A DNA stretch of 64,000 nucleotides from an uncultured Actinomycetota bacterium (GTDB lineage: Bacteria; Actinomycetota; Actinomycetes; JAHEKZ01): assembly GCA_963829525.1 (NCBI GenBank), contig CAWHIJ010000003.1, forward strand, positions 320,001-384,000, written 5' to 3'. The notes beneath the pieces were generated by a model, which was not told the DNA's origin, made no database searches, and worked only from the letters and a program-made list of their open reading frames with translations. The translations under genes were made by a program, and so were the position numbers. Of the stretch, positions 11,440 to 21,915 are shown one piece after another. The stretch's first letter is position 1. The number at the start of each line of letters is the position of its first letter.

Positions 11440-11580
11440 GTACCAAGCGTCGAGAGTCGGCGAGCTAGCGGCTAGCGGCAGAGTGTTCTGACTGAGACCC
11501 GATGACGCGACACTCTGCCTCTTGGTGCGAGAGTGCCTCTGCAGAAGACTGGTCGTGTTCCCGAGTCTTGGAGTCTCTTG

Positions 11581-12579
11581 ATGTCGAGCATTCCCGCCAC
11601 ATTCGCTGCCTTTGTCGCGGAGAAGGACGGCGACGCCGTCGTCCGCGAGGTACGCCAGATCTCCGTCAACGACCTCGGCGAGGGTGACTCCGTCATTCGC
11701 GTCACGTGGTCGTGCGTCAACTACAAGGACGGCCTCGCCACGTTGGCGAACGGCAAGGTGGCCCGCATCAACCCAATCATCCCCGGCGTCGACATGGCCG
11801 GAGAGATCGTCGAGCCAGGGGACTCCGGGCTCGCGGTCGGCACCGAGGTGATCGCGCACGGGTACGACCTCGGCGTCGCGCACCATGGCGGCTACACCGA
11901 GTGCGCCCGCGTGCCGTCGCAGTGGCTCGTGCCGCTGCCGGACGGGTTGACCGCCAAGCAGGCAATGGCCATTGGCACCGCGGGCTTCACGGCTGCGCTG
12001 TCGGTGCACGCACTCGAGCGCCATGGTCTCAAGCCCGGCACCGGGCCCGTACTGGTGACCGGCGCGACTGGCGGCGTTGGTTCGGTGGCTGTCGGCATCC
12101 TCGCCGACCGCGGGTACGAGGTGGCAGCGTCCACCGGCAAGCCGGACGCCGAAGGGTTCCTGAAGGGGCTCGGCGCCAGCGAGATCGTCAGCCGCGACAA
12201 GACGTCCGGCCCAGGCAAGCCGCTCGAGCGTGAGCGTTGGGCCGGAGCCGTTGACTGCGTCGGTGCTTCAACGCTTCCGTACATCTTGCGCACGTTGAAG
12301 TACGGCGGTGCCGTTGCGGCGTCCGGCAACACCAGTGGCATCGGGCTGGAGACGACGGTCTTCCCGTTCATCCTGCGCGGCATCGCGCTGCTCGGGATCG
12401 ACTCTGTTGCGATGCCGATCGAGGAGCGTCGCGCCGTGTGGCAGCGGATCGCCACTGACCTGCGTCCGCGTAGCCTTGACGACATCGGCTCGCGCGAGGT
12501 GTCGCTCGCCGAGCTGCCGAGCGCGCTCGACGACGTCCTGGCTGGTGCCAACACCGGGCGCACGCTCGTCCGCCTCTGA
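11581..12579 (+). CDS. acuI: Acryloyl-CoA reductase-like MDR oxidoreductase (YhdH/AcuI family)
   Basis: VNYKDGLA, IPGVD, AMAIGTAGFTAALS, VTGATGGVGS, PFILRG..LLGIDSV. Confidence 0.85.
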   Translation: MSSIPATFAAFVAEKDGDAVVREVRQISVNDLGEGDSVIRVTWSCVNYKDGLATLANGKVARINPIIPGVDMAGEIVEPGDSGLAVGTEVIAHGYDLGVAHHGGYTECARVPSQWLVPLPDGLTAKQAMAIGTAGFTAALSVHALERHGLKPGTGPVLVTGATGGVGSVAVGILADRGYEVAASTGKPDAEGFLKGLGASEIVSRDKTSGPGKPLERERWAGAVDCVGASTLPYILRTLKYGGAVAASGNTSGIGLETTVFPFILRGIALLGIDSVAMPIEERRAVWQRIATDLRPRSLDDIGSREVSLAELPSALDDVLAGANTGRTLVRL

Positions 12580-12641
12580 CGCCAAGGACGCATCGCGCGG
12601 GTCGCTTGAGCCGCATCGCTGTGTTCCGCTGTTCCCCCCAG

Positions 12642-12715
12642 CCGCGCTGAAGACTTACCGCATTTCTTTTCGCCCGCGGAGAGGGCGTTCAGCTGGGGGT
12701 AACTCTTCAGGGCGG
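12642..12715. repeat. Imperfect intergenic inverted repeat CCGCGCTGAAGACTTACC..GGTAACTCTTCAGGGCGG (REP-like hairpin)
   Basis: Arm complementarity visible in the sequence. Confidence 0.6.
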
Positions 12716-12761
12716 AAATCTCGCTTGCCCTCCTGTCGGGGGATCCGGTTAGGGTCGCCTA

Positions 12762-13604
12762 ATGACTCCCCCCACGGAATCTTCTGCCCCTGCTCCCACC
12801 CACGGCGTCCCGGCCATCTCCGCGCGCGGCCTCGTCAAGACCTTCACCGGTCGCTCCGGCACGGTCGAGGCGGTGCGCGGTGTCGACCTGACCGTGCAGC
12901 CGGGTGAGGTGTTCGGCTTCCTCGGCCCCAACGGCGCTGGCAAGTCGACGACCGTCCGGATGCTCACGACCCTGACCGGAATCACCGGTGGGTCTGCCTC
13001 GGTGGCCGGTGTCGACGTCGCCTCCGACCCCGATGGCGTCCGGCACAAGATCGGTGTCGCCTTGCAAGAGGCTGGCCTCGACATGCGCCAGACCGGTCGC
13101 GAGTTGGTCGTATTGCAGGCCAGGCTCTTCGGCCTCTCGCGCGCTGATGCCGGAAAGCGCGCAGAAGAGCTGCTCGAGCTCGTCGAGCTCAGCGACGCGG
13201 CCGACCGTTTGATCAAGGGCTACTCCGGCGGCATGAAGCGACGCCTCGACCTCGCGTCAGCGCTGGTGCACCGGCCCGACGTCCTCTTCCTGGACGAGCC
13301 AACGACAGGCCTTGACCCGTCGAGCCGGCTCGTGGTCTGGGACGAGGTGCGGCGCATCAACGCGAAAGGCACCACTGTGTTCTTGACGACCCAGTACCTC
13401 GAAGAGGCCGACCAGCTCTGTGAGCGGTTGGCCATCATCGACGACGGAAAGATCGTGACCGAGGGCACGCCCGCCAGCCTCAAGGCTGAGCTGAAGGCTC
13501 GTCGCGGTCTGGAGGCCGACCCGACCCTCGACGACGTATTCCTCGACGTCACCGGTCGCCGGCGAGAACGCGGCGCCGGCGAGGTCAGCGAGGTGGCGTC
13601 ATGA
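12762..13604 (+). CDS. ABC exporter ATP-binding subunit (DrrA-like)
   Basis: GPNGAGKST, YSGGMKRRL, LDEPTTGLD, TTQYLEEAD. Confidence 0.93.
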   Translation: MTPPTESSAPAPTHGVPAISARGLVKTFTGRSGTVEAVRGVDLTVQPGEVFGFLGPNGAGKSTTVRMLTTLTGITGGSASVAGVDVASDPDGVRHKIGVALQEAGLDMRQTGRELVVLQARLFGLSRADAGKRAEELLELVELSDAADRLIKGYSGGMKRRLDLASALVHRPDVLFLDEPTTGLDPSSRLVVWDEVRRINAKGTTVFLTTQYLEEADQLCERLAIIDDGKIVTEGTPASLKAELKARRGLEADPTLDDVFLDVTGRRRERGAGEVSEVAS

Positions 13605-14356
13605 GAACTGTTCTCGTCCTCGGAGAGCGTGCCGTCCGCGAAGCCAAGCGGACGCCGGACGCGCTGCTGCCGACGCTGCTCATCCCGATCTTCTTCCTCA
13701 TCGTCAATACCGGCCAAGCGGCGAAGATCTTTCCAACCGGCAGCACTCCCTGGCTGGAAGGACAGAGCTACGCGGCCTTTCAGTTGCCAGCAACGCTGTT
13801 GTTGGCGGCTTCGTTCGGTACTGCGGCCCTCTACCTGGTGGAAGAGATCGAGAACGGCTACTTCGACAAGCTGCGCGCAACGCCGATTTCGCGAGGGTCG
13901 TTGGCGCTGGGGCGGCTCTCGGCCGAGGCGCTGAAGTCCACGCTGATGACGATCGTGATCCTCGCGATCGCCTTTCCGTTCGGGATCCGCATTGCCAGCG
14001 GCGTGGTCGGGGTGGTGCTGCTGATCCTGCTGACTGCCGGTTGGGCCGTTGGTTACTCCGGCTTCCTGCAGTTCGTGGCGCTGAAGACCCGCAACGCCGC
14101 CGCCACCAACTCCGCGGGGCTGATCTTCTTCCCGCTGCTCTTCCTGACACCGAACTTCGTCCCACGTGGGTTGCTTGCGCGGCCAATGGAGATTGCAGCG
14201 ACGTTCAACCCCGTCACCTATGTGATGGAGGCGTTGCGTTCGCTGATCCTGGTCGACCTCGACTGGGCCGTGATCGGTGTGGGATTCCTGGTCACTGGGG
14301 GCTTTGTGGCGCTGACCCTGTGGATGAACATCCGGACGATGGCGAAGTACGACTGA
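13601..14356 (+). CDS. ABC-2 type permease (DrrB-like)
   Basis: Six hydrophobic segments, NPVTY motif, ATGA coupling to the ATPase. Confidence 0.9.
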   Translation: MRTVLVLGERAVREAKRTPDALLPTLLIPIFFLIVNTGQAAKIFPTGSTPWLEGQSYAAFQLPATLLLAASFGTAALYLVEEIENGYFDKLRATPISRGSLALGRLSAEALKSTLMTIVILAIAFPFGIRIASGVVGVVLLILLTAGWAVGYSGFLQFVALKTRNAAATNSAGLIFFPLLFLTPNFVPRGLLARPMEIAATFNPVTYVMEALRSLILVDLDWAVIGVGFLVTGGFVALTLWMNIRTMAKYD

Positions 14357-14527
14357 CAGTTCGGGGGTCGCGGTGCGCCTACACGCTCAGGCAGCCGGGC
14401 GCGGAAGGCCTGGTCAGCCACAACTGATGTCTGGCTAAGACCGTCTTATGAAACCGCTGTTCCACAGGGTGGATCCTCTGCGTTTGGAGCGTGGTATTTC
14501 GACGTCAAGAGGCTTACCCTCGGAGAA

Positions 14528-15052
14528 ATGACTGAACGGTCGCTCAGTGAAATGCCGGGCGGCGCGTCTTACGACGCCGCCGACCCCGATGCCGCGCGCG
14601 TACGGGCGATCGCGGTGGCCCGCAGCGGCGAGCTCGGGCCGCTGATGGAGATCCTGCACGACATCCAGCACACCGTCGGTTACCTGCCTGCGAGCACGGT
14701 GCCTGTGCTCGCGGATGTCCTTAACCTCAGCCGCGCCGAGGTCCACGGCGTCGTGTCGTTCTACTCCGACTTCCGTACCAGCCCTCCCGCTGCCACCACT
14801 GTTGCCATCTGCCGTGGCGAGGCGTGCCAGGCGGTGGGCGCCGAAGCCCTTGTGGACCATGCGAAGACCAAGCTTGGGGTCGGTGTCGGCGAGCAGAGTG
14901 CCGATGGCTCGGTCGGTCTCGAGCAGATCTTCTGCTTCGGCAACTGTGCGCTGGGACCGACCGCCACCGTCGCTGGTCGGCTCCGCGGCAGGCTCACCCC
15001 AGCCTCGCTCGACGCGCTCATCGATGAGGCAACGCCAGGAGCACACCAGTGA
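14528..15052 (+). CDS. fdsG: NAD-dependent formate dehydrogenase gamma subunit (NuoE-like, 2Fe-2S)
   Basis: LSRAEVHGVVSFY, CRGEACQAVG, CFGNCALGP. Confidence 0.9.
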   Translation: MTERSLSEMPGGASYDAADPDAARVRAIAVARSGELGPLMEILHDIQHTVGYLPASTVPVLADVLNLSRAEVHGVVSFYSDFRTSPPAATTVAICRGEACQAVGAEALVDHAKTKLGVGVGEQSADGSVGLEQIFCFGNCALGPTATVAGRLRGRLTPASLDALIDEATPGAHQ

Positions 15053-16602
15053 CCGTCACCGTCTACGTCCCTCGCGACTCCTCGGCGCGTGCTGTCGGCG
15101 CCGACGAGGTCGCCGTTGCCCTGACGGCTGAGGCGGCCAGACGCGGTGACGACATCTGCATCGTGCGAAACGGGTCACGCGGCATGCTCTGGCTCGAACC
15201 GTTCGTCGAGGTTGACGTCGACGGCACTCGCATCGGTTACGGTCCGGTCCAAGCGGCCGACGTCGCTGACTTGCTGGACGCGGGGCTGCTCACAGGTGGT
15301 GACCATGCGCTGAAGCACGGGGTGGTTGACGAGCTCTCCTGGCTTTCCCGCCAGGACCGCCTCATGTATGCGCGGATGGGCGTCATCGACCCGATCGACC
15401 TCAGCGACTACCAGGCGCACGGCGGGCTTGTTGGCCTTCGCAAGGCCGTTGCGATGGCGCCGCAAGACGTCGTTGACGTGGTCACGGCGTCCGGGCTTCG
15501 CGGCCGTGGTGGCGCCGGCTTCCCGGCTGGCCGCAAGTGGCAGACCGTACTCGGCGCACCGGGCGACACCAAGTACATCTGCTGTAACGCCGACGAGGGC
15601 GACAGCGGCACGTACGCCGACCGCATGCTCATGGAGGGTGACCCGTTCACCCTTCTCGAAGGCATGACGATCGCCGGACTCGCCGTTGGCGCAACACAGG
15701 GCTACATCTACCTGCGTTCGGAGTACCCGGACGCTCGCGACATCCTCAACGCCGCGATCGAAGCCGCACGAGAGTTTGGCTGGCTCGGCGCCGACGTCCT
15801 CGGCAGTGGGCGAGCCTTCGACATCAAGGTCCGTATGGGCGCCGGTGCCTACATCTGCGGCGAAGAGACGTCGATGCTCGACAGCCTCGAGGGCAAGCGC
15901 GGCATGGTGCGCGCCAAGCCGCCGCTGCCGGCACTCGAAGGCCTCTTCGGCAAGCCAACAGTCGTCAACAACGTACTCACCCTGGGCAGCGTCCCGTTCG
16001 TGCTGGCCGAGGGTGCGGACGCGTATGCGTCCCGCGGGCTTGACCGCTCGCTCGGTACGCAGGTCTTCCAGCTCGCCGGCAACATCAAGCAGGGCGGCGT
16101 CGTCGAGCTCGGGTTCGGCGTGACGCTGCGCGAGCTGGTTGAAGACTTCGGTGGCGGCACCGCGTCCGGGCGCCCTATCCGCGCGATCCAGGTGGGTGGC
16201 CCGCTCGGCTCCTACCTGACTGCCGACCAGCTCGACCTGCCGCTCGAGTACGAAACCTTCGCTGCGGCCGGCGCCATGGTGGGCCACGGCGGAATCGTGG
16301 TGCACGATGACACGGTGGACATGGCGCAGATGGCGCGGTTCGCCATGGAGTTCTGCTCCGAAGAGTCGTGCGGCAAGTGCACGCCCTGTCGCGTGGGTTC
16401 GACGCGAGGTGTCGAGGTCATCGACAAGATAACCGCTGGCGACGACCGCACCGGCAACCTCACGCTGCTGCTCGACCTCTGCGACGTCATGACCGACGGC
16501 TCGCTCTGCGCGATGGGCGGACTCACCCCAATGCCCGTTCGCAGCGCACTCACCAAGTTCCCCGAAGACTTTGGCCTGACGGCTCAGGAGGTCACCCCAT
16601 GA
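15049..16602 (+). CDS. fdsB: Formate dehydrogenase beta subunit (NuoF-like, FMN/NADH-binding)
   Basis: RNGSRGMLWLEP, GLRGRGGAGFP, CNADEGDSG, YICGEETS, ESCGKCTPCR. Confidence 0.92.
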   Translation: MTVTVYVPRDSSARAVGADEVAVALTAEAARRGDDICIVRNGSRGMLWLEPFVEVDVDGTRIGYGPVQAADVADLLDAGLLTGGDHALKHGVVDELSWLSRQDRLMYARMGVIDPIDLSDYQAHGGLVGLRKAVAMAPQDVVDVVTASGLRGRGGAGFPAGRKWQTVLGAPGDTKYICCNADEGDSGTYADRMLMEGDPFTLLEGMTIAGLAVGATQGYIYLRSEYPDARDILNAAIEAAREFGWLGADVLGSGRAFDIKVRMGAGAYICGEETSMLDSLEGKRGMVRAKPPLPALEGLFGKPTVVNNVLTLGSVPFVLAEGADAYASRGLDRSLGTQVFQLAGNIKQGGVVELGFGVTLRELVEDFGGGTASGRPIRAIQVGGPLGSYLTADQLDLPLEYETFAAAGAMVGHGGIVVHDDTVDMAQMARFAMEFCSEESCGKCTPCRVGSTRGVEVIDKITAGDDRTGNLTLLLDLCDVMTDGSLCAMGGLTPMPVRSALTKFPEDFGLTAQEVTP

Positions 16603-19404
16603 CACTGCTTCACGAGCCTGTCGGACGCGTGCTGTCTGACATGGGCACGCCCGAAGTTCCGGGTGAGTCAACCATCGAGGTTGAGATCGACGGCGTCGCT
16701 GTCACCGTGCCCGAGGGCACCTCGATCATGCGGGCCGCCGCTGAGGCTGGCATCGACGTCCCCAAGCTCTGCGCCACTGACACGTTGAAGTCGTTCGGCT
16801 CGTGCCGGGTCTGCCTGGTCGAGATCGAAGGACGCCCGGGCACGCCTGCGTCCTGCACAACGCCCGTTGCTCCTGGCATGAAGGTCGCAACGAGCACACC
16901 GAAGGTCGACAAGCTGCGCCAAAGCGTCGTTGAGCTCTACCTCTCCGACCACCCTGCTGACACTTGCGTCGAGGGTGCCTGCGAGCTGCACGCGATGGCA
17001 GAGACCGTCGGGCTCACCGACGTCCGGTATGGCCAGGAGGGCCACAACCACCTCGACATCGAGGTGGATGCCTCCAACCCCTACTTCACCTTCGACCCGA
17101 AGGCGTGCATCGTCTGCTCCCGTTGTGTGCGTGCGTGCGACGAGGTGCAGGGCACCTTGGCGCTCACGGTTGAGGGACGTGGCTTCGAGTCGCTGATCTC
17201 GGCGTCCGGCACGTCATTCATGGAGTCGGAGTGCGTCTCCTGCGGTGCCTGCGTTCAGGCCTGCCCGACGACTGCACTTCAGGAGAAGAGCATCATCGAG
17301 CTCGGTATGCCGACGCGAACGGTGAAGACCACCTGCGCCTATTGCGGAGTCGGTTGCTCGTTTGACGCTGAGATGCGTGGCGACGAGCTGGTGCGCATGA
17401 CGCCATCGAAAGAGGGCGGCGCTAACGAGGGTCACTCCTGCGTCAAGGGTCGCTTCGCGTGGGGCTACGCAACTCACCGCGAGCGCGTCACCGTCCCCAT
17501 GGTGCGCGAGTCGATCACCGACGATTGGCGTGAGGTGTCGTGGGACGAGGCGATCAGCTTCACCGCTCAGCGCTTCACGGCACTGCAGCAGAAGTACGGT
17601 GCGGACTCTATCGGTGGGATCACATCGTCGCGCTGCACGAACGAAGAGGTCTTCGTCGTGCAAAAGATGGTGCGGGCTGCGTTCGGCAACAACAACGTCG
17701 ATACGTGTGCGCGGGTCTGTCACTCCCCCACTGGGTATGGCCTGAAGCAGACGTTTGGAACCTCGGCGGGAACTCAAGACTTCAAGTCGGTGGAACAGGC
17801 CGACATGATTCTGCTGATCGGCGCCAACCCCACCGACGCGCACCCGGTCTTCGGCTCTCGCATGAAGAAGAGGTTGCGCGAAGGGGCCCAACTCGTCGTG
17901 GTTGACCCGCGCCGCATCGATCTCGTGCGGACGCCGCACGTCGAAGCTGAACACCACCTGCAGCTGCGTCCAGGAACCAACGTTGCGGTCGTCAATGCAT
18001 TTGCGCACGTCGTCGTCACCGAGGGGCTCGTCGACCGCGAGTTTGTGGCCGCCCGCTGCGAGGACGACTCGTTCGCGTCGTGGGAGGCGTTCATCGCCCA
18101 GCCGGAGAACAGTCCGGAGGCGACCGAGTCAGCCACCGGCGTTCCCGCGTCAGAGATCCGCGAGGCCGCCCGGCTCTATGCGAAAGCGCCAAACGCAGCG
18201 ATCTACTACGGACTGGGTGTCACCGAGCACAGCCAAGGTTCGACGATGGTCATGGGCATGGCCAACCTTGCGATGGCCACGGGCAACATCGGTCGCGACG
18301 GCGTTGGCGTCAACCCACTGCGCGGGCAGAACAACGTGCAAGGTTCGTGCGACATGGGTTCGTTCCCCCACGAGTTCAGCGGCTACCGGCACGTCTCCGA
18401 CGACACCGTTCGCGTGCTCTTCGAGGACGTGTGGGGCCGGGAGATGCGCGCCGAACCAGGGCTTCGCATCCCGAACATGTTCGATGCCGCGGTCGCTGGA
18501 ACGTTCCGGGGCCTCTTCGTCCAGGGCGAGGACGTTGCGCAGTCCGATCCGAACATCACGCATGTCACTGCTGCCCTGACGGCACTCGACACGTTGGTCG
18601 TTCAGGACCTCTTCCTCAACGAGACGGCGAAGTTCGCCCACGTATTCTTGCCGGGAACGTCGTTCCTCGAGAAGGACGGCACCTTCACCAACGCCGAGCG
18701 TCGGATCAACCGGGTACGCCCAGTGATGGAGCCGAAGACCGGCAAGCAGGAGTGGCAGGTGGCCTGCGACATCTCCGCCGCAATGGGCTACTCGATGCAC
18801 TACGACGATGCCTCGCAGATCATGGACGAGATCGCCCGCGTCACACCAACGTTCGCCGGCGTCTCGTTCGCGCACCTAGATGCCGTTGGCAGCCTGCAGT
18901 GGCCGTGCAACGACGCCGCGCCAGAGGGTACGCCGATCATGCACGTCGACGGCTTCGTCCGGGGCAAAGGACACTTCGTGCAGACGCCGTACGTCCCCAC
19001 CGACGAGAAGACGAACCGCAAGTTCCCACTCATCCTGACGACCGGCCGCATCCTGTCGCAGTACAACGTCGGTGCGCAGACGCGTCGAACTTCCAACGTC
19101 GAGTGGCACCCCGAGGACCTGCTCGAGATGCACGAGGCCGACGCCGCCGAGCGCGGGATCAGCGAAGGTGACTGGGTTGCCCTCAACAGTCGGGTTGGTG
19201 AGACGCACATGCGCGCGCACATCACCGATCGTGTGCCACAGGGTGTCGTCTACACAACGTTCCACCACCCCGAGAGCGGGGCGAACGTCGTCACCACCGA
19301 GCACTCCGACTGGGCGACGAACTGCCCCGAGTACAAGGTGACCGCGGTGCAGATCCGTCCGGCGAACGCTGCTGATCCCAGCGCGGGCCGGTGCCGGAGT
19401 ATGA
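16599..19404 (+). CDS. fdsA: Formate dehydrogenase alpha subunit (Mo-bis-MGD, Cys active site); as sequenced it reads through into fdsD to 19613
   Basis: Fe-S motifs, CAYCGVGC, DTCARVCH, PLRGQNNVQG, CPEYKVTAV; deleting one G at 19385-19387 gives a TGA at 19402-19404 overlapping the fdsD ATG. Confidence 0.92.
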
Positions 19405-19613
19405 GCAACACCGACCTCGTGCGGATGGTCAACCAGATCGCCATCAATCAGGGTCATCTGCCCGAAGATGAGGCGGCGGCGCTGGTGGCACAGCACCTGA
19501 AGATGTTCTGGGCGCCGGCCATGCAGCGTGACCTGTTCGCTGCCGTCGATGCAGGTGAAGCAGACCTCAACGAGGTTGCGCTGCGCGCGGTGCGGCAGCT
19601 TCAGCCAGCCTGA
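19401..19613 (+). CDS. fdsD: Formate dehydrogenase delta subunit
   Basis: MSNTDLVRMVNQIA..VAQHLKMFWAPAM signature; GGAG RBS directly upstream. Confidence 0.85.
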   Translation: MSNTDLVRMVNQIAINQGHLPEDEAAALVAQHLKMFWAPAMQRDLFAAVDAGEADLNEVALRAVRQLQPA

Positions 19614-20390
19614 TCCGTTCGACGCCCGCGTAGCAGTTGAACGAGCTCATTGCGCGAGAATCCGACAAGCGTCAAGCCCGGACTCTCGAGCGAGGTCGAC
19701 GGCGAGCGTCGACGGCGCAGACACCGCAGCCAGCATCGGAATGCCAGCCATCACTGCCTTCTGCGTCAGCTCGAAGGACGCGCGAGCACTCACCTGAAGC
19801 AGCCATTCCGAGGCTGGAAGCGCCTCGTGCTGCAGCGCCCAGCCGACGACCTTGTCGACGGCGTTGTGGCGTCCGACATCTTCGCGGATGCAGACCGGGT
19901 CGCCGTTGAAGGTGAAGAGGCCAGCTGCGTGCAAGCCACCGGTGCGGTCGAACGCCGACTGCGCAGCGCGGAGTCGGTCGGGCAGCGCTGCGATCACCGT
20001 TGGCGAGATGGTGGCGGCGTTGCCGAGCACGGCGCCCCGGCGCGTGACGACCTCGGTGATGCTGTCGGCGCCACAGATGCCGCAGGCGCTGCTGGTCATG
20101 GTCAGCCGCGGTGCCGGTGGGATGAGTCTGTTGGCCAGGCGCACCTCAACGGTGTTCTCGTCACAAGCGATCGCGCCGATGACGTCTTGCGGGGTGTGCA
20201 CCGTTCCTTCGGAGACGAGCCACCCGAGCGCAAGCTCGATGTCGTGCCCCGGCGTCCGCATCGTCGTCGCGGTGTCGACCCCGTTGACCCGGATCGTGAG
20301 GGGCTCCTCGACCGCGAGCTGGTCGACGACCTCGGTGGCTACACCGTCGCGAAGCCGGGTCATCCGGCGTCGGTCTACGAGGCGTCCCAT
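19567..20390 (-). CDS. fdhD: Formate dehydrogenase sulfurtransferase FdhD; two apparent +1 frameshifts in the last ~35 codons (as sequenced the ORF stops at 19647)
   Basis: EEPL, MRTPGHD, SACGICG, TGGLHAA, EDVGRHNAVDK, SAPS; the canonical tail TLVGFSR..SFNCYAGVERI lies in shifted frames. Confidence 0.9.
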
Positions 20391-20436
20391 GGAACAACGG
20401 TGCCACAGGATGGGACAGATGGCGTCGCGCGTTCCA

Positions 20437-21162
20437 TCAGATGACCCGTTTGAAGGCGTTCGCGCAGGGCGGTCCCTCGGCATGGTCGTAGCGGACGCCG
20501 CCCGAGGTGACGACGACGGTGGCGCTCGAGACGGTGCCGTAGCGCTCGGCGTGGATGCAGGCGGGTGATCCGGCGTCTGAGGTCTCGTGCGACCGCAAGA
20601 TGTCGCCGAGGAGCAGGACGAGGTCGTCGGGGCTTGCTGCTGACGCGAGCGCGGCCTGCGCCTGGCCGCGGATGCGGGTGGCCTTGGGGTCGGCCGGGTC
20701 GTCAAGGTCCTGCTCGGTGAGCACATGGATGCCGGGTGTGAGCTGAGCGGTGACGCGTCCGCGTCCGTCGTCCAGCGACGTCCAGAACGCGGCCTGGCGC
20801 GAGGCGTAGAGCACGTTGACGGGGTTGAAGTCGCCCGGTTGCAGCGACTCCATCCAGGCCAACGCGTCGGTGTCAGAGCCAGCGAGGACCTCCAGCGGCA
20901 GCGTGCCGCGAGTTCGACGGGAGGGGTCTGGGGCTGCGAAGACTCCGCCGGGATGCCGGTTCGTCACCGCACCGATCCGCCCCTCGGGGTCGACGGCCAA
21001 CCAGGTGCCGCCCGCCAGCCGGTCACGCCCGCCCCATCTGGGTGGCTCCGACGTGAGGAGCAACGGCGGGTCGCTTGGGCGTCCCAAGAGCTCATCGCGG
21101 TTGGCGGCGACGACCAAGGGAACTTCGGGGTAGCACTGCGACGCGACGATGACGGTGCACAC
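20437..21162 (-). CDS. NRDE/TANGO2 family protein
   Basis: MC start, ANRDE, GGTWL, VTN, YGTVS. Confidence 0.9.
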   Translation of the reverse strand: MCTVIVASQCYPEVPLVVAANRDELLGRPSDPPLLLTSEPPRWGGRDRLAGGTWLAVDPEGRIGAVTNRHPGGVFAAPDPSRRTRGTLPLEVLAGSDTDALAWMESLQPGDFNPVNVLYASRQAAFWTSLDDGRGRVTAQLTPGIHVLTEQDLDDPADPKATRIRGQAQAALASAASPDDLVLLLGDILRSHETSDAGSPACIHAERYGTVSSATVVVTSGGVRYDHAEGPPCANAFKRVI

Positions 21163-21238
21163 CCGATCACTCTAAGTGGACGAGCCCCTTTGCAGCTGAT
21201 GTGCGTGCATCATATACGGTGATGGTATGATGCATGTC

Positions 21239-21487
21239 ATGCGTACCACGGTCACGCTGGATGACGACACGACCAATCTCGTGCGACGGCGCATGGCCGA
21301 ACGTGGGGTGGGCTTCAAACAGGCTCTGAACGACCTCATCCGTGAGACCGCCGAGCGCGGACGCCAACCTTTCCGAACCCCGACCTTCGCCATGGGTCAG
21401 CCAACGGTTGACCTCACGAAGGCGCTCCAGCTAGCAGCCCAACTCGAGGACGACGAGATCCAGCGCAAGCTGCACCGCGGCGTATGA
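21239..21487 (+). CDS. vapB: VapB-type antitoxin (RHH)
   Basis: MRTTVTLDDD..FKQALND; TATGAT -10 box at 21226-21231; TGATG-N6-CATCA inverted repeat at 21197-21212. Confidence 0.85.
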   Translation: MRTTVTLDDDTTNLVRRRMAERGVGFKQALNDLIRETAERGRQPFRTPTFAMGQPTVDLTKALQLAAQLEDDEIQRKLHRGV

Positions 21488-21915
21488 ACTTCCCGGACGC
21501 AAATGTCTTGGTCTACGCGGTCAACACCAAGGCAGCCCAGCACCTGGTGGCTCGTGACTGGCTCGACAGGGCGCTCAACGGTGATCGAACGGTCGGGTTC
21601 GCCTGGTCAGTCCTGCTCGCCTTCGTCCGGGTGTCGACCAACCCCGCAATCTTCCCCACCCCGCTGTCGGTCGGCGATTCGATGGACGTTGTTGACGGCT
21701 GGACGAGCCAACCCTCGGCGGTCATCGTGAATCCTGGTAAGGGTCACGGGGCCGTTCTCGGTGACCTCCTGCGAACAGCGCAGCAGGGTGGGAACTTGGT
21801 TTCGGACGCCCATCTCGCGGCGTTGGCTTTGGAGAACAAAGGAACGGTCGTGTCGTTCGACCGTGACTTCGGGAGGTTCGCCGGGGTCAAGTGGTTGATT
21901 CCCGGCAGCGTCTAG
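21484..21915 (+). CDS. vapC: VapC PIN-domain toxin
   Basis: DANVLVYA, DAHLAALALE, SFDRDF acidic PIN residues; ATGA coupling to vapB. Confidence 0.92.
   Translation: MNFPDANVLVYAVNTKAAQHLVARDWLDRALNGDRTVGFAWSVLLAFVRVSTNPAIFPTPLSVGDSMDVVDGWTSQPSAVIVNPGKGHGAVLGDLLRTAQQGGNLVSDAHLAALALENKGTVVSFDRDFGRFAGVKWLIPGSV

Noticed and set aside
11440-12024. N-terminal extension of the 915-aa ORF and other long antisense ORFs (e.g. 15175-16671, 52247-53497)
   Set aside because: Shadow ORFs of high-GC genes on the opposite strand with no recognisable motifs.
17690-17730. Selenocysteine in formate dehydrogenase
   Set aside because: The active-site segment DTCARVCH uses Cys codons; there is no in-frame TGA.
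16599-19613. FdsA-FdsD natural fusion protein
   Set aside because: fdsD keeps its own RBS and ATG; deleting one G restores a standard ATGA-coupled stop, and two more insertions lie within 300 bp, so it is probably a sequencing error.
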